Shown: piece by piece, positions 1 to 9,102 of the stretch
Layout: the number at the start of each line of letters is the position of its first letter
How positions within the stretch are numbered: the first letter of the stretch is position 1
Origin: a virus
Taxonomy: Duplodnaviria; Heunggongvirae; Uroviricota; Caudoviricetes
Direction: 5' to 3' (one strand)
DNA: 36,682 nt
Virus record (IMG/VR): IMGVR_UViG_2609459792_000013
The notes under the pieces: generated by a model
Seen by the model: only the letters and a program-made list of their open reading frames with translations
The model's database searches: none
Told to the model about the DNA's origin: nothing
Position numbers and translations under genes: made by a program

Positions 1-1053
1 TTACGGGGTAATGCCAACCGCTGCCGCCACTTTGTCGCCACTTGGCAGCGTTGCCAGAGGATTGAAACGGAGCGCCGTTTCCAGATGATCCGGTGCCAGA
101 TGTGCGTAACGCATAGTCATTTTTATATCGTGGTGTCCGAGAATTTTTTGTAAGGCCAGAATGTTTCCACCCGACATCATGAAGTGCGCCGCAAACGTAT
201 GGCGCAGAACGTGTGTGAGTTGACCGCGAGGGAGCACGATAGACGTTTTTTCCATCACGGATAAAAATTGAAAATAGCAGTCTGTGAAGAAATTGAACCC
301 ATCAAGCGCCATGATCTCTTCGTAAAGCTCTTTACTGATAGGGATGCTTCTGTTTTTCTTCCCCTTCGTTCTTACAAAGGTAATTCGGTATTTGGTCACC
401 TGTGAACGAGTAAGATTTACGGCTTCTCGCCAGCGTGCGCCTGTGCTTAAGCATATCTTAACTACCAGTGCCAGAATTGGGTCCTGACGTTTGCAATCAG
501 CCAGTAATTCAACAATCTGCTCATGGGTAAGCCATGCCATCTCTTTTTCTGCGATGGTGAATTTTCGCATGTTCTCCAGTGGGTTCGGATACGACCATTC
601 GCCCAGGCGGGATAGTTCGCTAAAAACACTACTTAGATAGCTTTGCTCCAGGTTAATGGTGACCGGGCTTGCTCCTTTCTTCCATTTCTCGCTGAAGTAG
701 ATCTCACCTGTCAGGCGTTTATCTCGATAGTGGGCAAACATTTTAGAGGTTAGATCAGTTGCAAGGGGATTGCCCAGAGCGTCAACCATCAGCAGCAATT
801 TGTCATAGACATGCTGCCCAGCTGTCAGTGATTTACCATGTAGTTTGAACCATAGCTCAACCACGTCTTTCAGTGTTCGACGATCCACTGATTCTCCCAG
901 CCAGGGCTTTGCTTCGGTTTCTTCCATCGTATGGCGCTCAAAAGCCAGAGCTTCGCCTTTGGTGGCGAATTGTTTACGCACACGACGCCCACTACGTCCG
1001 GCGGGGTAACATTCGCAAAGCCATTTTCCTGTGGTGAGTTTTCGTACTGCCAT
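1..1053 (-). CDS. int: Tyrosine-type site-specific integrase (P2 Int-like)
   Basis: Track ORF 1..1131; start trimmed to ATG at 1053 (MAVRKLTTGKW..., GGAGGG RBS 8 nt upstream), which aligns with my recollection of the P2 Int N-terminus. C-terminal HxxR and RYAHLAP tyrosine motif. Confidence 0.9.
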   Translation of the reverse strand: MAVRKLTTGKWLCECYPAGRSGRRVRKQFATKGEALAFERHTMEETEAKPWLGESVDRRTLKDVVELWFKLHGKSLTAGQHVYDKLLLMVDALGNPLATDLTSKMFAHYRDKRLTGEIYFSEKWKKGASPVTINLEQSYLSSVFSELSRLGEWSYPNPLENMRKFTIAEKEMAWLTHEQIVELLADCKRQDPILALVVKICLSTGARWREAVNLTRSQVTKYRITFVRTKGKKNRSIPISKELYEEIMALDGFNFFTDCYFQFLSVMEKTSIVLPRGQLTHVLRHTFAAHFMMSGGNILALQKILGHHDIKMTMRYAHLAPDHLETALRFNPLATLPSGDKVAAAVGITP

Positions 1054-1239
1054 AAAAAATGCCCTCCAATAGAGAGCATTTTTACTGTATATATAAACAG
1101 TGTCAATGTATGAAATCCTGCGACCATACATCTCACTGAAGCCATAATGAAGTTGGCTATTTTTTGCTATGTGAGTATGTGACTTTTGCGGTTAGCCTGC
1201 GGCTCATTGTTATATTAGGCGCAGATATAAAAGCAAAAT

Positions 1240-1431
1240 TTATCGCGAGTTTTTAGTACAGATTTTTTTTGATTTACTAATAGTTCCATCATTGCAAACG
1301 AACTTTCCATCGGAGGTACAGTGAGAGACACCTCCCTTTTTCCCAGAACAAGGATAATTTTTAGCATAGGTAGTTAGTGGGTTTAATAACAAAGAGCATG
1401 ATAAAACCACAAAAAATACCTTACCAAGCAT
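1240..1431 (-). CDS. Small secreted Cys-rich protein (63 aa) inserted between cI and int; candidate lysogenic-conversion moron
   Basis: N-terminal signal-peptide-like segment [23 protein letters not shown], then a Lys/Cys-rich mature part with 4 Cys. GGGAGG RBS 7 nt upstream of the ATG, directly after the cI stop; region is AT-rich. Confidence 0.6.
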   Translation of the reverse strand: MLGKVFFVVLSCSLLLNPLTTYAKNYPCSGKKGGVSHCTSDGKFVCNDGTISKSKKICTKNSR

Positions 1432-1446
1432 AGTTTCCTCCCGGTA

Positions 1447-2022
1447 TTACCTAACGTACTTAATTGTTAAACTTATAATTTTCCCAATTATTTCAACATC
1501 TTCTATCTTGCACTCGAAGGCTCTGTTTCCACCTTCAACGAAGATTCTTCCACCGGGTAAACGAGTAATGTCGCGGATTGTTATTTCGCCATCAATACTT
1601 ATTACCCATTTACCGTCACGTATATCATCAAATTCTTTATCACAAATAAATTCAGAATTGTTATCTGTGATGACAAAAGGTTTTTTAAACGTAGAGGGTA
1701 GAAATCCCTTATCAAAAATATAAAAACCGTCTTCACGCAAGGCACCATCAGATAATACATATTTAGCAACTTCCATAGTATTTGTATTACCTGAAGTTTG
1801 CTTTGAACCATGTCCGGTTGTGAGCCAATTAAGCGAGGTGCCCGTTTCAAGGGCGCACTGGATTACCCATTCTGCTGGGAATGAGTCACGCATGTAGCGT
1901 GTGGCGAGTGTACTTTTAGAGATTCCTAAATGATCGCACAACGCCTGTCGAGTTTTGAATCCATAAGCTTCTACCATGCGCTCTATAGCGCCTCGTCCGC
2001 CTTTCTCCAAATTCATGGTCAC
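1447..2022 (-). CDS. cI: Immunity repressor, phage 186 CI-like
   Basis: 191 aa, the size of 186 CI rather than 99-aa P2 C. N-terminal HTH-like region (EAYGF...CALETG...WLTTG) recalled as 186 CI-like. Divergent from the apl/cII operon. Confidence 0.75.
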   Translation of the reverse strand: MTMNLEKGGRGAIERMVEAYGFKTRQALCDHLGISKSTLATRYMRDSFPAEWVIQCALETGTSLNWLTTGHGSKQTSGNTNTMEVAKYVLSDGALREDGFYIFDKGFLPSTFKKPFVITDNNSEFICDKEFDDIRDGKWVISIDGEITIRDITRLPGGRIFVEGGNRAFECKIEDVEIIGKIISLTIKYVR

Positions 2023-2040
2023 TCCAAGTGAACTTTTATC

Positions 2041-2069
2041 TTGACGATTTCACTGTGCGATCGTATGTT
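2041..2069 (+). promoter_or_regulatory. Candidate early lytic promoter (pR-like)
   Basis: TTGACG (2041-2046), 17-bp spacer, TATGTT (2064-2069), about 75 bp upstream of the apl-like ATG. Nearby imperfect repeats GCGATCGTAT / ACGATCCGTAT could be operator half-sites. Confidence 0.3.
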
Positions 2070-2141
2070 TATGGTGTTCACAAAATACAAACGATCCGTA
2101 TTCGTCCTGATTAATCATCATTAAACGAGGAATGTTGCATC

Positions 2142-2363
2142 ATGAGACCTAACATTTCAATCACTCTTACCACGCCTCATGTGACTATTGAACGCTATAG
2201 CGAGCTGACAGGGCTGTCCATCGATACCATCAATGACATGTTGGCTGACGGACGCCTTATCCGTCACCGTCTGCGCAAAGATAAAAAACGTGAAAAAGTG
2301 ATGATCAACATAGCAGCCATGACCGTTGATGCGCTTTCAGAATGCAATCTAAACCTTAATTAG
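2142..2363 (+). CDS. Apl/Cox-like excisionase-regulator (73 aa)
   Basis: Small basic ORF that is first in the rightward early operon, divergent from cI; called by position and size as in P2 cox / 186 apl. Confidence 0.6.
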   Translation: MRPNISITLTTPHVTIERYSELTGLSIDTINDMLADGRLIRHRLRKDKKREKVMINIAAMTVDALSECNLNLN

Positions 2364-2395
2364 TTCGATTCTGAAATACATCAGAGGCATTGACC

Positions 2396-2905
2396 ATGTT
2401 TGATTACCAAGTTTCCAAACATCCACATTTTGATGAAGCCTGTCGTGCATTCGCATTGCGCCACAACCTAGTGCAACTGGCAGAACGTGCAGGCATGAAT
2501 GTGCAGATTCTGCGGAACAAGCTGAACCCAGCTCAACCTCATTTATTAACCGCACCAGAAATCTGGTTGCTTACCGATCTGACTGAAGATTCAACGCTGG
2601 TAGATGGCTTTCTGGCACAGATTCACTGCCTGCCATGTGTACCGATTAATGAGGTGGCAAAAGAGAAACTGCCGCATTACGTCATGAGTGCAACTGCAGA
2701 GATAGGGCGTGTCGCGGCAGGTGCGGTTTCTGGTGATGTAAAAACCAGTGCAGGCCGTCGTGATGCGATCAGCAGCATTAACTCTGTTACACGACTGATG
2801 GCGCTGGCTGCTGTTTCATTGCAGGCCCGTTTACAGGCTAATCCTGCGATGGCGAGTGCAGTTGATACCGTGACTGGCCTCGGTGCTTCATTCGGTTTGC
2901 TGTGA
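2396..2905 (+). CDS. cII: CII-like lysogeny establishment regulator (186 CII family)
   Basis: ATG at 2396 gives 169 aa starting [19 protein letters not shown]..., strongly matching my recollection of 186 CII (length and motifs [25 protein letters not shown]). Track start at 2390 is a TTG. Confidence 0.8.
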   Translation: MFDYQVSKHPHFDEACRAFALRHNLVQLAERAGMNVQILRNKLNPAQPHLLTAPEIWLLTDLTEDSTLVDGFLAQIHCLPCVPINEVAKEKLPHYVMSATAEIGRVAAGAVSGDVKTSAGRRDAISSINSVTRLMALAAVSLQARLQANPAMASAVDTVTGLGASFGLL

Positions 2906-2912
2906 GGTGCTT

Positions 2913-3113
2913 ATGCTGACGAAAGAACCATCATTTGCATCGCTGCTGGTAAAACAAAGCCCGGCAATGCACTACGGTCACGGCTGGATCATGGGTGAGG
3001 ATGGTAAACGCTGGCATCCGTGCCGTTCACAAGATGAATTGCTGGCAGAACTATCTACGAAAAAACGGGGGAACAAATGGCTATTGAAGGCGCTGCGGCG
3101 ACTGTTCCATTAA
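2913..3113 (+). CDS. Hypothetical early protein (66 aa)
   Basis: ATG at 2913 with GAGGTG RBS; sits where 186 carries the small early gene fil. Function not determinable from sequence. Confidence 0.45.
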   Translation: MLTKEPSFASLLVKQSPAMHYGHGWIMGEDGKRWHPCRSQDELLAELSTKKRGNKWLLKALRRLFH

Positions 3114-3418
3114 GCCCCGGTGAACGCCTGAATGGACTTAATCACATAGCGGAATTAAGGGCGAAAGTTTTTGGCCTGAATATTGAGTCAGAGCTTGAGC
3201 GGTTTATTAAAGATATGCGTGATCCACGGGATATCAATAACGAACAAAATAAACGAGCACTGGCAGCCATATTCTTTATGGCAAAAATTCCGGCTGAACG
3301 TCATAGCATCAGCATTAATGAGCTGACCACTGACGAAAAGCGGGAGTTGATTAAAGCAATGAATCATTTTCGTGCAGTGGTGAGCTTATTTCCCAGACGG
3401 CTAACCATGCCGAATTAA
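3077..3418 (+). CDS. Hypothetical early protein (113 aa)
   Basis: Track ORF in the early operon; overlaps the previous ORF in another frame; no motif recognised. Confidence 0.45.
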   Translation: MAIEGAAATVPLSPGERLNGLNHIAELRAKVFGLNIESELERFIKDMRDPRDINNEQNKRALAAIFFMAKIPAERHSISINELTTDEKRELIKAMNHFRAVVSLFPRRLTMPN

Positions 3419-3485
3419 CCAACCAATGAAATTAATGGCGTAAACCCGCCGGGCATCCCTTTATCTAAATTCAGGAGAATTGATT

Positions 3486-3719
3486 ATGCGTAATATTGAA
3501 ACCCTCTCGACCAAAACCGGACCGGATGACGCAGGGCTTAATATTTTACTGACAGAGGCTCGTCTGGAAGAACGCCGGGCAAGGGCTGAAGCAATGGCAG
3601 CTCGCCTTGATAGCCTGGCGTGTCATATCACATCCCGCCAGCTAACCCACGTCGAAGCGGCAGAACTGCTTCGTGTGACTGCTGAAGCAATCCAGAACGA
3701 AGCGCAGGAGATCCACTAA
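3486..3719 (+). CDS. Hypothetical early protein (77 aa)
   Basis: ATG at 3486 with AGGAG RBS 8 nt upstream; its stop overlaps the next start (TAATG). Confidence 0.5.
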   Translation: MRNIETLSTKTGPDDAGLNILLTEARLEERRARAEAMAARLDSLACHITSRQLTHVEAAELLRVTAEAIQNEAQEIH

Positions 3720-3946
3720 TGGCTGATGCAATGGATCTCGTACAGCAGCGCGTTGAAGAAGAACGCCAACGCCATATCCGTGCTGCCCGTGCCAAAACGC
3801 CGGGCGTGTCCCGCGTGCTTTGCATTGAGTGTGAAGCGCCAATTCCGCCAGCACGCCGCCGTGCCATTCCGGGTGTGCAGCTTTGCATTACCTGTCAGGA
3901 AATCGCAGAGCTGAAAGGCAAACATTACAACGGAGGTGCTGTATGA
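3719..3946 (+). CDS. TraR/DksA-family C4 zinc-finger protein (75 aa)
   Basis: CIEC...x17...CITC four-Cys motif typical of phage TraR/DksA-like proteins; stop overlaps the Dam start (ATGA). Confidence 0.7.
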   Translation: MADAMDLVQQRVEEERQRHIRAARAKTPGVSRVLCIECEAPIPPARRRAIPGVQLCITCQEIAELKGKHYNGGAV

Positions 3947-4800
3947 GCACCATCCTGAAATGGGCGGGAAATAAAACTGCCATAATGTCCGAACTGAAAA
4001 AACATCTTCCTGCTGGCCCGCGACTGGTTGAACCTTTCGCGGGTTCCTGTGCTGTGATGATGGAGACGGATTATCCCAGCTATCTGGTTGCGGATATTAA
4101 TCCTGATTTAATCAACCTCTATAAAAAGGTTGCCGCTGATTGTGAATCGTTTATATCTCGCGCCAGAGTTTTATTTGAGATCGCAAACAGGGAGGTGGCT
4201 TATTACAACATAAGGCAGGAGTTTAATTACTCAACTGAAATTACTGATTTCATGAAAGCGGTATATTTCCTGTATCTCAATCGTCACGGTTACCGTGGTT
4301 TATGTCGCTATAACAAGAGCGGGCATTTCAACATTCCCTACGGTAATTATAAAAATCCGTATTTCCCTGAAAAAGAAATTCGCGCATTTGCAGAAAAGGC
4401 CCAGCGAGCAACGTTTATCTGCGCCAGCTTTGATGAAACGCTGGCGATGTTGAAGGCGGGGGATGTGGTGTATTGCGATCCGCCGTATGACGGTACGTTT
4501 TCCGGCTATCACACTGACGGCTTCACTGAAGATGACCAGTATCACCTGGCATCTGTTCTTGAACATCGGTCATCAGAAGGACATCCGGTCATTGTTTCTA
4601 ACAGTGACACATCCCTGATCCGTTCGCTGTATCGCAATTTTACTCACCACTACATCAAGGCAAAACGCAGCATCGGTGTGGCAGCTGGCGAGGGTAAATC
4701 AGCAACAGAAATCATTGCTGTTTCCGGGCCGCGCTGCTGGGTGGGATTTGATTATTCGCGTGGCGTGGATAGTTCTGCCGTGTACGGAGTACGTGCATGA
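3943..4800 (+). CDS. dam: DNA adenine methyltransferase (Dam-like, N6-adenine; probably GATC)
   Basis: ATG at 3943 ([11 protein letters not shown]). Motif [10 protein letters not shown] and motif IV DPPY; long collinear similarity to E. coli Dam as I recall it ([32 protein letters not shown]). Confidence 0.85.
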   Translation: MSTILKWAGNKTAIMSELKKHLPAGPRLVEPFAGSCAVMMETDYPSYLVADINPDLINLYKKVAADCESFISRARVLFEIANREVAYYNIRQEFNYSTEITDFMKAVYFLYLNRHGYRGLCRYNKSGHFNIPYGNYKNPYFPEKEIRAFAEKAQRATFICASFDETLAMLKAGDVVYCDPPYDGTFSGYHTDGFTEDDQYHLASVLEHRSSEGHPVIVSNSDTSLIRSLYRNFTHHYIKAKRSIGVAAGEGKSATEIIAVSGPRCWVGFDYSRGVDSSAVYGVRA

Positions 4801-7211
4801 GTCATGCCGATATGAACAACTGCTGCGGCTTTAACGAAGCTGCCGCATCGTTCTCATGGAACAGCCCGAAAAAGGCCATTAACCCTTATCTGGACCCGGT
4901 GGAAGTTGCGCCGGTTTCTACGCTTTCAAACCTGATCACTCTGTATGCTGCCGATAACGAGCAGGAACAGCTGCGCCGTGAGGCGCTGAGTGATCAGGTC
5001 TGGGAGCGTTATTTCTTTAATGAATCCCGTGATCCTGTCCAGCGCGAAATGGAACAGGATAAGCTCATTAGTCGGGCAAAGCTGGCGCATGAGCAGCAGC
5101 GTTTTAATCCGGATATGGTCATTCTGGCGGACGTCAACGCCCAGCCTTCCCATATCAGCAAGCCGCTGATGCAACGTATTGAATACTTCAGCAGCCTGGG
5201 CAGGCCAAAGGCTTATTCCCGCTATTTACGTGAGACGATTAAGCCATGTTTGGAACGACTGGAGCATGTACGCGACAGTCAGCTATCTGCATCTTTTCGC
5301 TTTATGGCAAGCCATGAAGGGCTGGACGGCCTGCTGATCCTGCCTGAAATGAGTCAGGATCAGGTGAAACGCCTGTCCACCTTGGTAGCTGCGCATATGA
5401 GTATGTGCCTTGATGCCGCTTGTGGCGATTTGTATGCCACCGATGACGTTAAGCCAGAAGAAATCCGCAATACATGGGAAAGGGTGGCAGCGGAAACCCT
5501 GCGTCTGGATGTCATCCCGCCTGCGTTTGAGCAACTCCGTCGGAAAAGAAACCGCCGTAAACCCGTGCCCTATGAACTCATTCCGGGTTCGCTGGCGCGT
5601 ATGTTGTGCGCCGACTGGTGGTATCGGAAATTATGGAAGATGCGTTGCGAATGGCGGGAAGAGCAGTTGCGTGCAGTCTGCCTTGTCAGCAAAAAAGCAT
5701 CTCCTTATGTCAGCTATGAAGCCGTGATGCATAAACGTGAGCAGCGCCGTAAGTCGCTGGAGTTTTTCCGTTCTCATGAACTGGTGAACGAAGACGGCGA
5801 CACGCTGGACATGGAGGATGTGGTAAACGCCAGCAGCAGCAACCCAGCGCATCGCCGCAATGAGATGATGGCCTGTGTTAAAGGTCTGGAGCTTATCGCG
5901 GAAATGCGCGGTGACTGCGCCGTTTTCTACACCATCACCTGTCCGTCACGTTTCCATTCCACGCTAAACAACGGCAGGCCCAACCCAACCTGGACAAATG
6001 CGACGGTAAGACAAAGCAGTGATTATCTGGTCGGCATGTTTGCTGCATTTCGTAAGGCGATGCACAAAGCCGGATTGCGGTGGTATGGCGTGCGGGTGGC
6101 TGAGCCGCATCATGACGGTACAGTTCACTGGCACCTGTTGTGTTTTATGCGCAAAAAAGACCGCCGCACCATCACTGCATTACTGCGTAAGTTTGCCATC
6201 CGTGAAGACCGCGAGGAGCTGGGCAATAACACTGGGCCGCGCTTTAAGTCTGAGTTGATTAACCCGCGCAAAGGTACGCCAACAAGCTACATCGCGAAAT
6301 ACATCAGTAAGAACATTGACGGGCGTGGTCTGGCTGGCGAGATCAGCAAGGAAACGGGGAAATCCCTGCGTGATAATGCTGAATACGTTAATGCCTGGGC
6401 GTCTCTGCATCGTGTTCAGCAATTCCGCTTCTTTGGCATTCCGGGGCGTCAGGCTTACCGTGAACTGCGATTGCTGGCTGGTCAGGCGGCAAGGCAACAG
6501 GGGGACAAAAAAGCAGGTGCGCCGGTACTGGATAACCCGCGCCTTGATGCCATTCTGGCTGCTGCTGATGCTGGTTGTTTTGCCACCTACATCATGAAGC
6601 AGGGTGGCGTACTGGTTCCCCGCAAATATCACCTCATCAGAACTGCTTATGAAATCAACGAAGAGCCGACCGCCTATGGCGATCACGGCATTCGTATTTA
6701 TGGCATCTGGTCACCTATTGCAGAGGGCAAGATCTGCACTCATGCCGTGAAGTGGAAAATGGTTCGTAAGGCCGTTGACGTTCAGGAGGCGGCAGCCGAC
6801 CAGGGCGCTTGCGCCCCTTGGACTCGTGGCAATAACTGTCCCCTTGCTGAAAATTTGTACCAACAAGGGAAAGACAAATCAGCTGATGGAGATACCAGAA
6901 CGGATATCACCCGCATGGATGACAAGGAGTTGCACGATTACCTGCACAGTATGAGCAAAAAAGAGCGCCGGGAACTGGCAGCAAGGTTACGCCTGGTGAA
7001 ACCGAAACGGCGTAAAGACTACAAACAACGAATTACAGACCATCAGCGACTGCAGCTCGTGTATGAACTGAAGTCCAGGGGATTTGATGGCAGCGAGAAA
7101 GAGGTCGATTTACTGCTTCGCGGCGGCAGTATTCCGTCAGGAGCAGGCCTGCGTATCTTCTATCGGAACCAGCGTTTGCAGGAAGATGATAAGTGGCGAA
7201 ACCTGTATTAA
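4797..7211 (+). CDS. A: Rolling-circle replication initiator (P2 gpA-like)
   Basis: 804 aa; HUH-type motif [10 protein letters not shown] and Y-x3-Y active-site pair (YIAKY), as in P2 A. Start overlaps the Dam stop. Confidence 0.85.
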   Translation: MSHADMNNCCGFNEAAASFSWNSPKKAINPYLDPVEVAPVSTLSNLITLYAADNEQEQLRREALSDQVWERYFFNESRDPVQREMEQDKLISRAKLAHEQQRFNPDMVILADVNAQPSHISKPLMQRIEYFSSLGRPKAYSRYLRETIKPCLERLEHVRDSQLSASFRFMASHEGLDGLLILPEMSQDQVKRLSTLVAAHMSMCLDAACGDLYATDDVKPEEIRNTWERVAAETLRLDVIPPAFEQLRRKRNRRKPVPYELIPGSLARMLCADWWYRKLWKMRCEWREEQLRAVCLVSKKASPYVSYEAVMHKREQRRKSLEFFRSHELVNEDGDTLDMEDVVNASSSNPAHRRNEMMACVKGLELIAEMRGDCAVFYTITCPSRFHSTLNNGRPNPTWTNATVRQSSDYLVGMFAAFRKAMHKAGLRWYGVRVAEPHHDGTVHWHLLCFMRKKDRRTITALLRKFAIREDREELGNNTGPRFKSELINPRKGTPTSYIAKYISKNIDGRGLAGEISKETGKSLRDNAEYVNAWASLHRVQQFRFFGIPGRQAYRELRLLAGQAARQQGDKKAGAPVLDNPRLDAILAAADAGCFATYIMKQGGVLVPRKYHLIRTAYEINEEPTAYGDHGIRIYGIWSPIAEGKICTHAVKWKMVRKAVDVQEAAADQGACAPWTRGNNCPLAENLYQQGKDKSADGDTRTDITRMDDKELHDYLHSMSKKERRELAARLRLVKPKRRKDYKQRITDHQRLQLVYELKSRGFDGSEKEVDLLLRGGSIPSGAGLRIFYRNQRLQEDDKWRNLY

Positions 7212-7303
7212 TTACGCGGGTTAACAATTCGTGCTCTTAATAATACCAGGCATATCAGGCTGATGAGCGTAAAAAAACGTTTTACATCAGTAAGATTATT
7301 ATA

Positions 7304-7323
7304 TACTGTAAATATAAACAGTG
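7304..7323 (+). promoter_or_regulatory. LexA (SOS) box overlapping a candidate promoter
   Basis: TACTGTAAATATAAACAGTG is a perfect CTGT-N8-ACAG with AT-rich spacer (CTGT 7306-7309, ACAG 7318-7321). -35 TTTACA (7281-7286) and, 17 bp later, -10 TACTGT (7304-7309) overlap it; AGGAGG RBS and ATG at 7364 follow. Confidence 0.65.
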
Positions 7324-7363
7324 GTTATGTATACAGTATTGCTTTGGTGTCATAGGAGGAAAG

Positions 7364-7552
7364 ATGCAGGACTATTTTTTGGAGTCTTTGAAGCTCCAGC
7401 GCATTGATTTTTTTCTTAAGCTTGTAGCGGCTAGTGAGTGTAGTGATGAAGAGAAGGGGCTGGCTCTGCAGTGGGTTTCAGAGCTGACTGATGAGTTGAT
7501 GGCGAAAATTCGTGCCCATGAATATAACCGTGTAATGGATCTTCCCGGTTAG
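7364..7552 (+). CDS. Small acidic protein (62 aa) under putative SOS control; Tum-like antirepressor position, function unknown
   Basis: Strong AGGAGG RBS; first gene after the LexA-box promoter; sits where 186 carries its LexA-controlled tum operon (A to cos). Confidence 0.6.
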   Translation: MQDYFLESLKLQRIDFFLKLVAASECSDEEKGLALQWVSELTDELMAKIRAHEYNRVMDLPG

Positions 7553-7563
7553 CAGCAGGGGCG

Positions 7564-7598
7564 TTGCTGGCGTGAGAACTAGATTCTCGCGTCAGCAA
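7564..7598 (+). other. 15-bp-stem hairpin between the 62-aa and 387-aa ORFs
   Basis: Arm 7564-7578 TTGCTGGCGTGAGAA pairs with arm 7584-7598 TTCTCGCGTCAGCAA (13 Watson-Crick + 2 G-U pairs), 5-nt loop; no following U-tract. Confidence 0.4.
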
Positions 7599-7722
7599 GG
7601 TCAACTAAGGATTGAAACAGAAAGCCCTTGAAAACAGTAGCAAGTTGCCTATTATCTACGCTGTATTTAATCGATGTCATTGGCTGTAATACCTTAAGTG
7701 ATATTGAAAGGCGGTGTGGGGA

Positions 7723-8883
7723 ATGGATCTGGCTAAAGTTGAAGAACGCGTCCGAAGAGTCATAGGGACAATGGAGTCTGCCGAGCTTGATGAATATTTT
7801 TGGGGTAAGCGCTCGGGTTTGGGAGACTCATTACCTCCGTATTATCTCGTTTATTTTCTTTTGGTAGATTTACTGAAATTTAAAAATCGTGGGGTTGATG
7901 AGAAGATTTCTTTTTCTATCCCAGTCCGGATTGATGGGACTGTCGTAATTATAGAACATCGTAAACTTGGTTTAGATATATTTATCAAGAGTGATGATGA
8001 TATAGAGCAAGCTAAAACTGTTTTGAGACATATTTGCGCAGGGGTTAAAGCTGCTACGAAATTTTTTGACTCGCTTGCAGACAATGCAGCAAAGACTTCA
8101 AATCTAAATGTTAATAACAATGCTAATTCTCTTTATGATAGGTTTTGCTATTTTTTAGAGCTATATAAACAGAAGCTTGATGAAGTTGCTGCTGGCCAAG
8201 AGTCTAAACTGGAAGTTGATAGTGAGTTTAAGTCTGATAATTTTTTCAGCCTGTTACAATCCACTTTTGAACAATCAAATAAGATAATTGAACTCCGAAG
8301 AGAGGCTATGTGGTTAGCAACGTCTGCAATTGAGTCATTTTTCAATTGGACCGAGCATGTTTTCATTCTTATTGCAATCTTGAAGGGTGAGATAAAAAAT
8401 GGGAATGATGTGGCTGATAAAGTTGGGAAAGAATGGGGGGAGAAATTCAAATTAGCCATTGATATTAACTCTTCCAGTCTAAAATCATTCTATGAACGTT
8501 TACTTATACTCAGAAAACAGGTGCGTAATTTTGTAGCCCATGGCGCCTTCGGTAAGGATGGGCAAGCATTGGAATTTCACTCAAGTGTAGGGGCTGTGCC
8601 ACTATTGCTGCCTCATCGAGAAAATAAAGAACGTTTCAAGTTTGGAAATGGTGTACATTTTTTGGCACCTGAAGCAATGCAATTAATTAACGATTTTCTT
8701 GAAAATTTGTGGCAGGGAGAACTGTCCCCAGCAAAAATTTATATTGAATCTGGATGTCCTTTAATACTATCTTACGTAACTAATGGAACCTATGCGGAGG
8801 CGATGAAATCAGAAAGGAATATGGACTTATTGGTTAATTACTTAACTCGTGAGATGGATAATGCCGCAAACATGGATTGGTAA
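7723..8883 (+). CDS. Cargo protein (387 aa), unknown function; candidate HEPN-like nuclease (R-N-x3-H motif)
   Basis: Long AT-rich ORF (ATG 7723; track start 7714 is a GTG) in the P2 tin/old slot. Motif LRKQVRNFVAHG matches the HEPN Rx4-6H signature; no Walker A motif seen. Confidence 0.75.
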   Translation: MDLAKVEERVRRVIGTMESAELDEYFWGKRSGLGDSLPPYYLVYFLLVDLLKFKNRGVDEKISFSIPVRIDGTVVIIEHRKLGLDIFIKSDDDIEQAKTVLRHICAGVKAATKFFDSLADNAAKTSNLNVNNNANSLYDRFCYFLELYKQKLDEVAAGQESKLEVDSEFKSDNFFSLLQSTFEQSNKIIELRREAMWLATSAIESFFNWTEHVFILIAILKGEIKNGNDVADKVGKEWGEKFKLAIDINSSSLKSFYERLLILRKQVRNFVAHGAFGKDGQALEFHSSVGAVPLLLPHRENKERFKFGNGVHFLAPEAMQLINDFLENLWQGELSPAKIYIESGCPLILSYVTNGTYAEAMKSERNMDLLVNYLTREMDNAANMDW

Positions 8884-9083
8884 ACTCTAGGTGCGGGTTA
8901 CAAACACACAAAAAATCTTCCTGAGTTAGGTGTTATCCCAACCCAAGGCTGTGTCAGGAAAACTTCATATGGCGCATGAGATCGCATGATAGTATGACGA
9001 TCGTTTTCGCTGATGCCAGCCTGAGCTGGCGGGCTGTTGCATATGTCATGCAGGCGCATGAAAACCACTGCATAAAGCGGGTA

Positions 9084-9102
9084 GGCGTGGCGGGGATACG
9101 AG
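9084..9102 (+). other. Putative cos (cohesive-end) site
   Basis: GGCGTGGCGGGGATACGAG: the first 13 nt match the 186/P2 cos 19-mer as I recall it (GGCGTGGCGGGGAAAGCAT / GGCGAGGCGGGGAAAGCAC). Lies in a GC-rich non-coding spacer upstream of the Q-P packaging genes. Confidence 0.5.

Noticed and set aside
1054-1131. N-terminal 26-codon extension of the integrase ORF
   Set aside because: An internal ATG at 1053 has a strong GGAGGG RBS and aligns with the expected Int N-terminus; the longer start lacks an RBS.
7364-7552. Calling the 62-aa ORF a Tum antirepressor or DinI homologue
   Set aside because: The position and LexA box fit the 186 tum locus, but the sequence is much shorter than Tum as I recall it and shows no similarity to DinI that I can see; left as unknown function.
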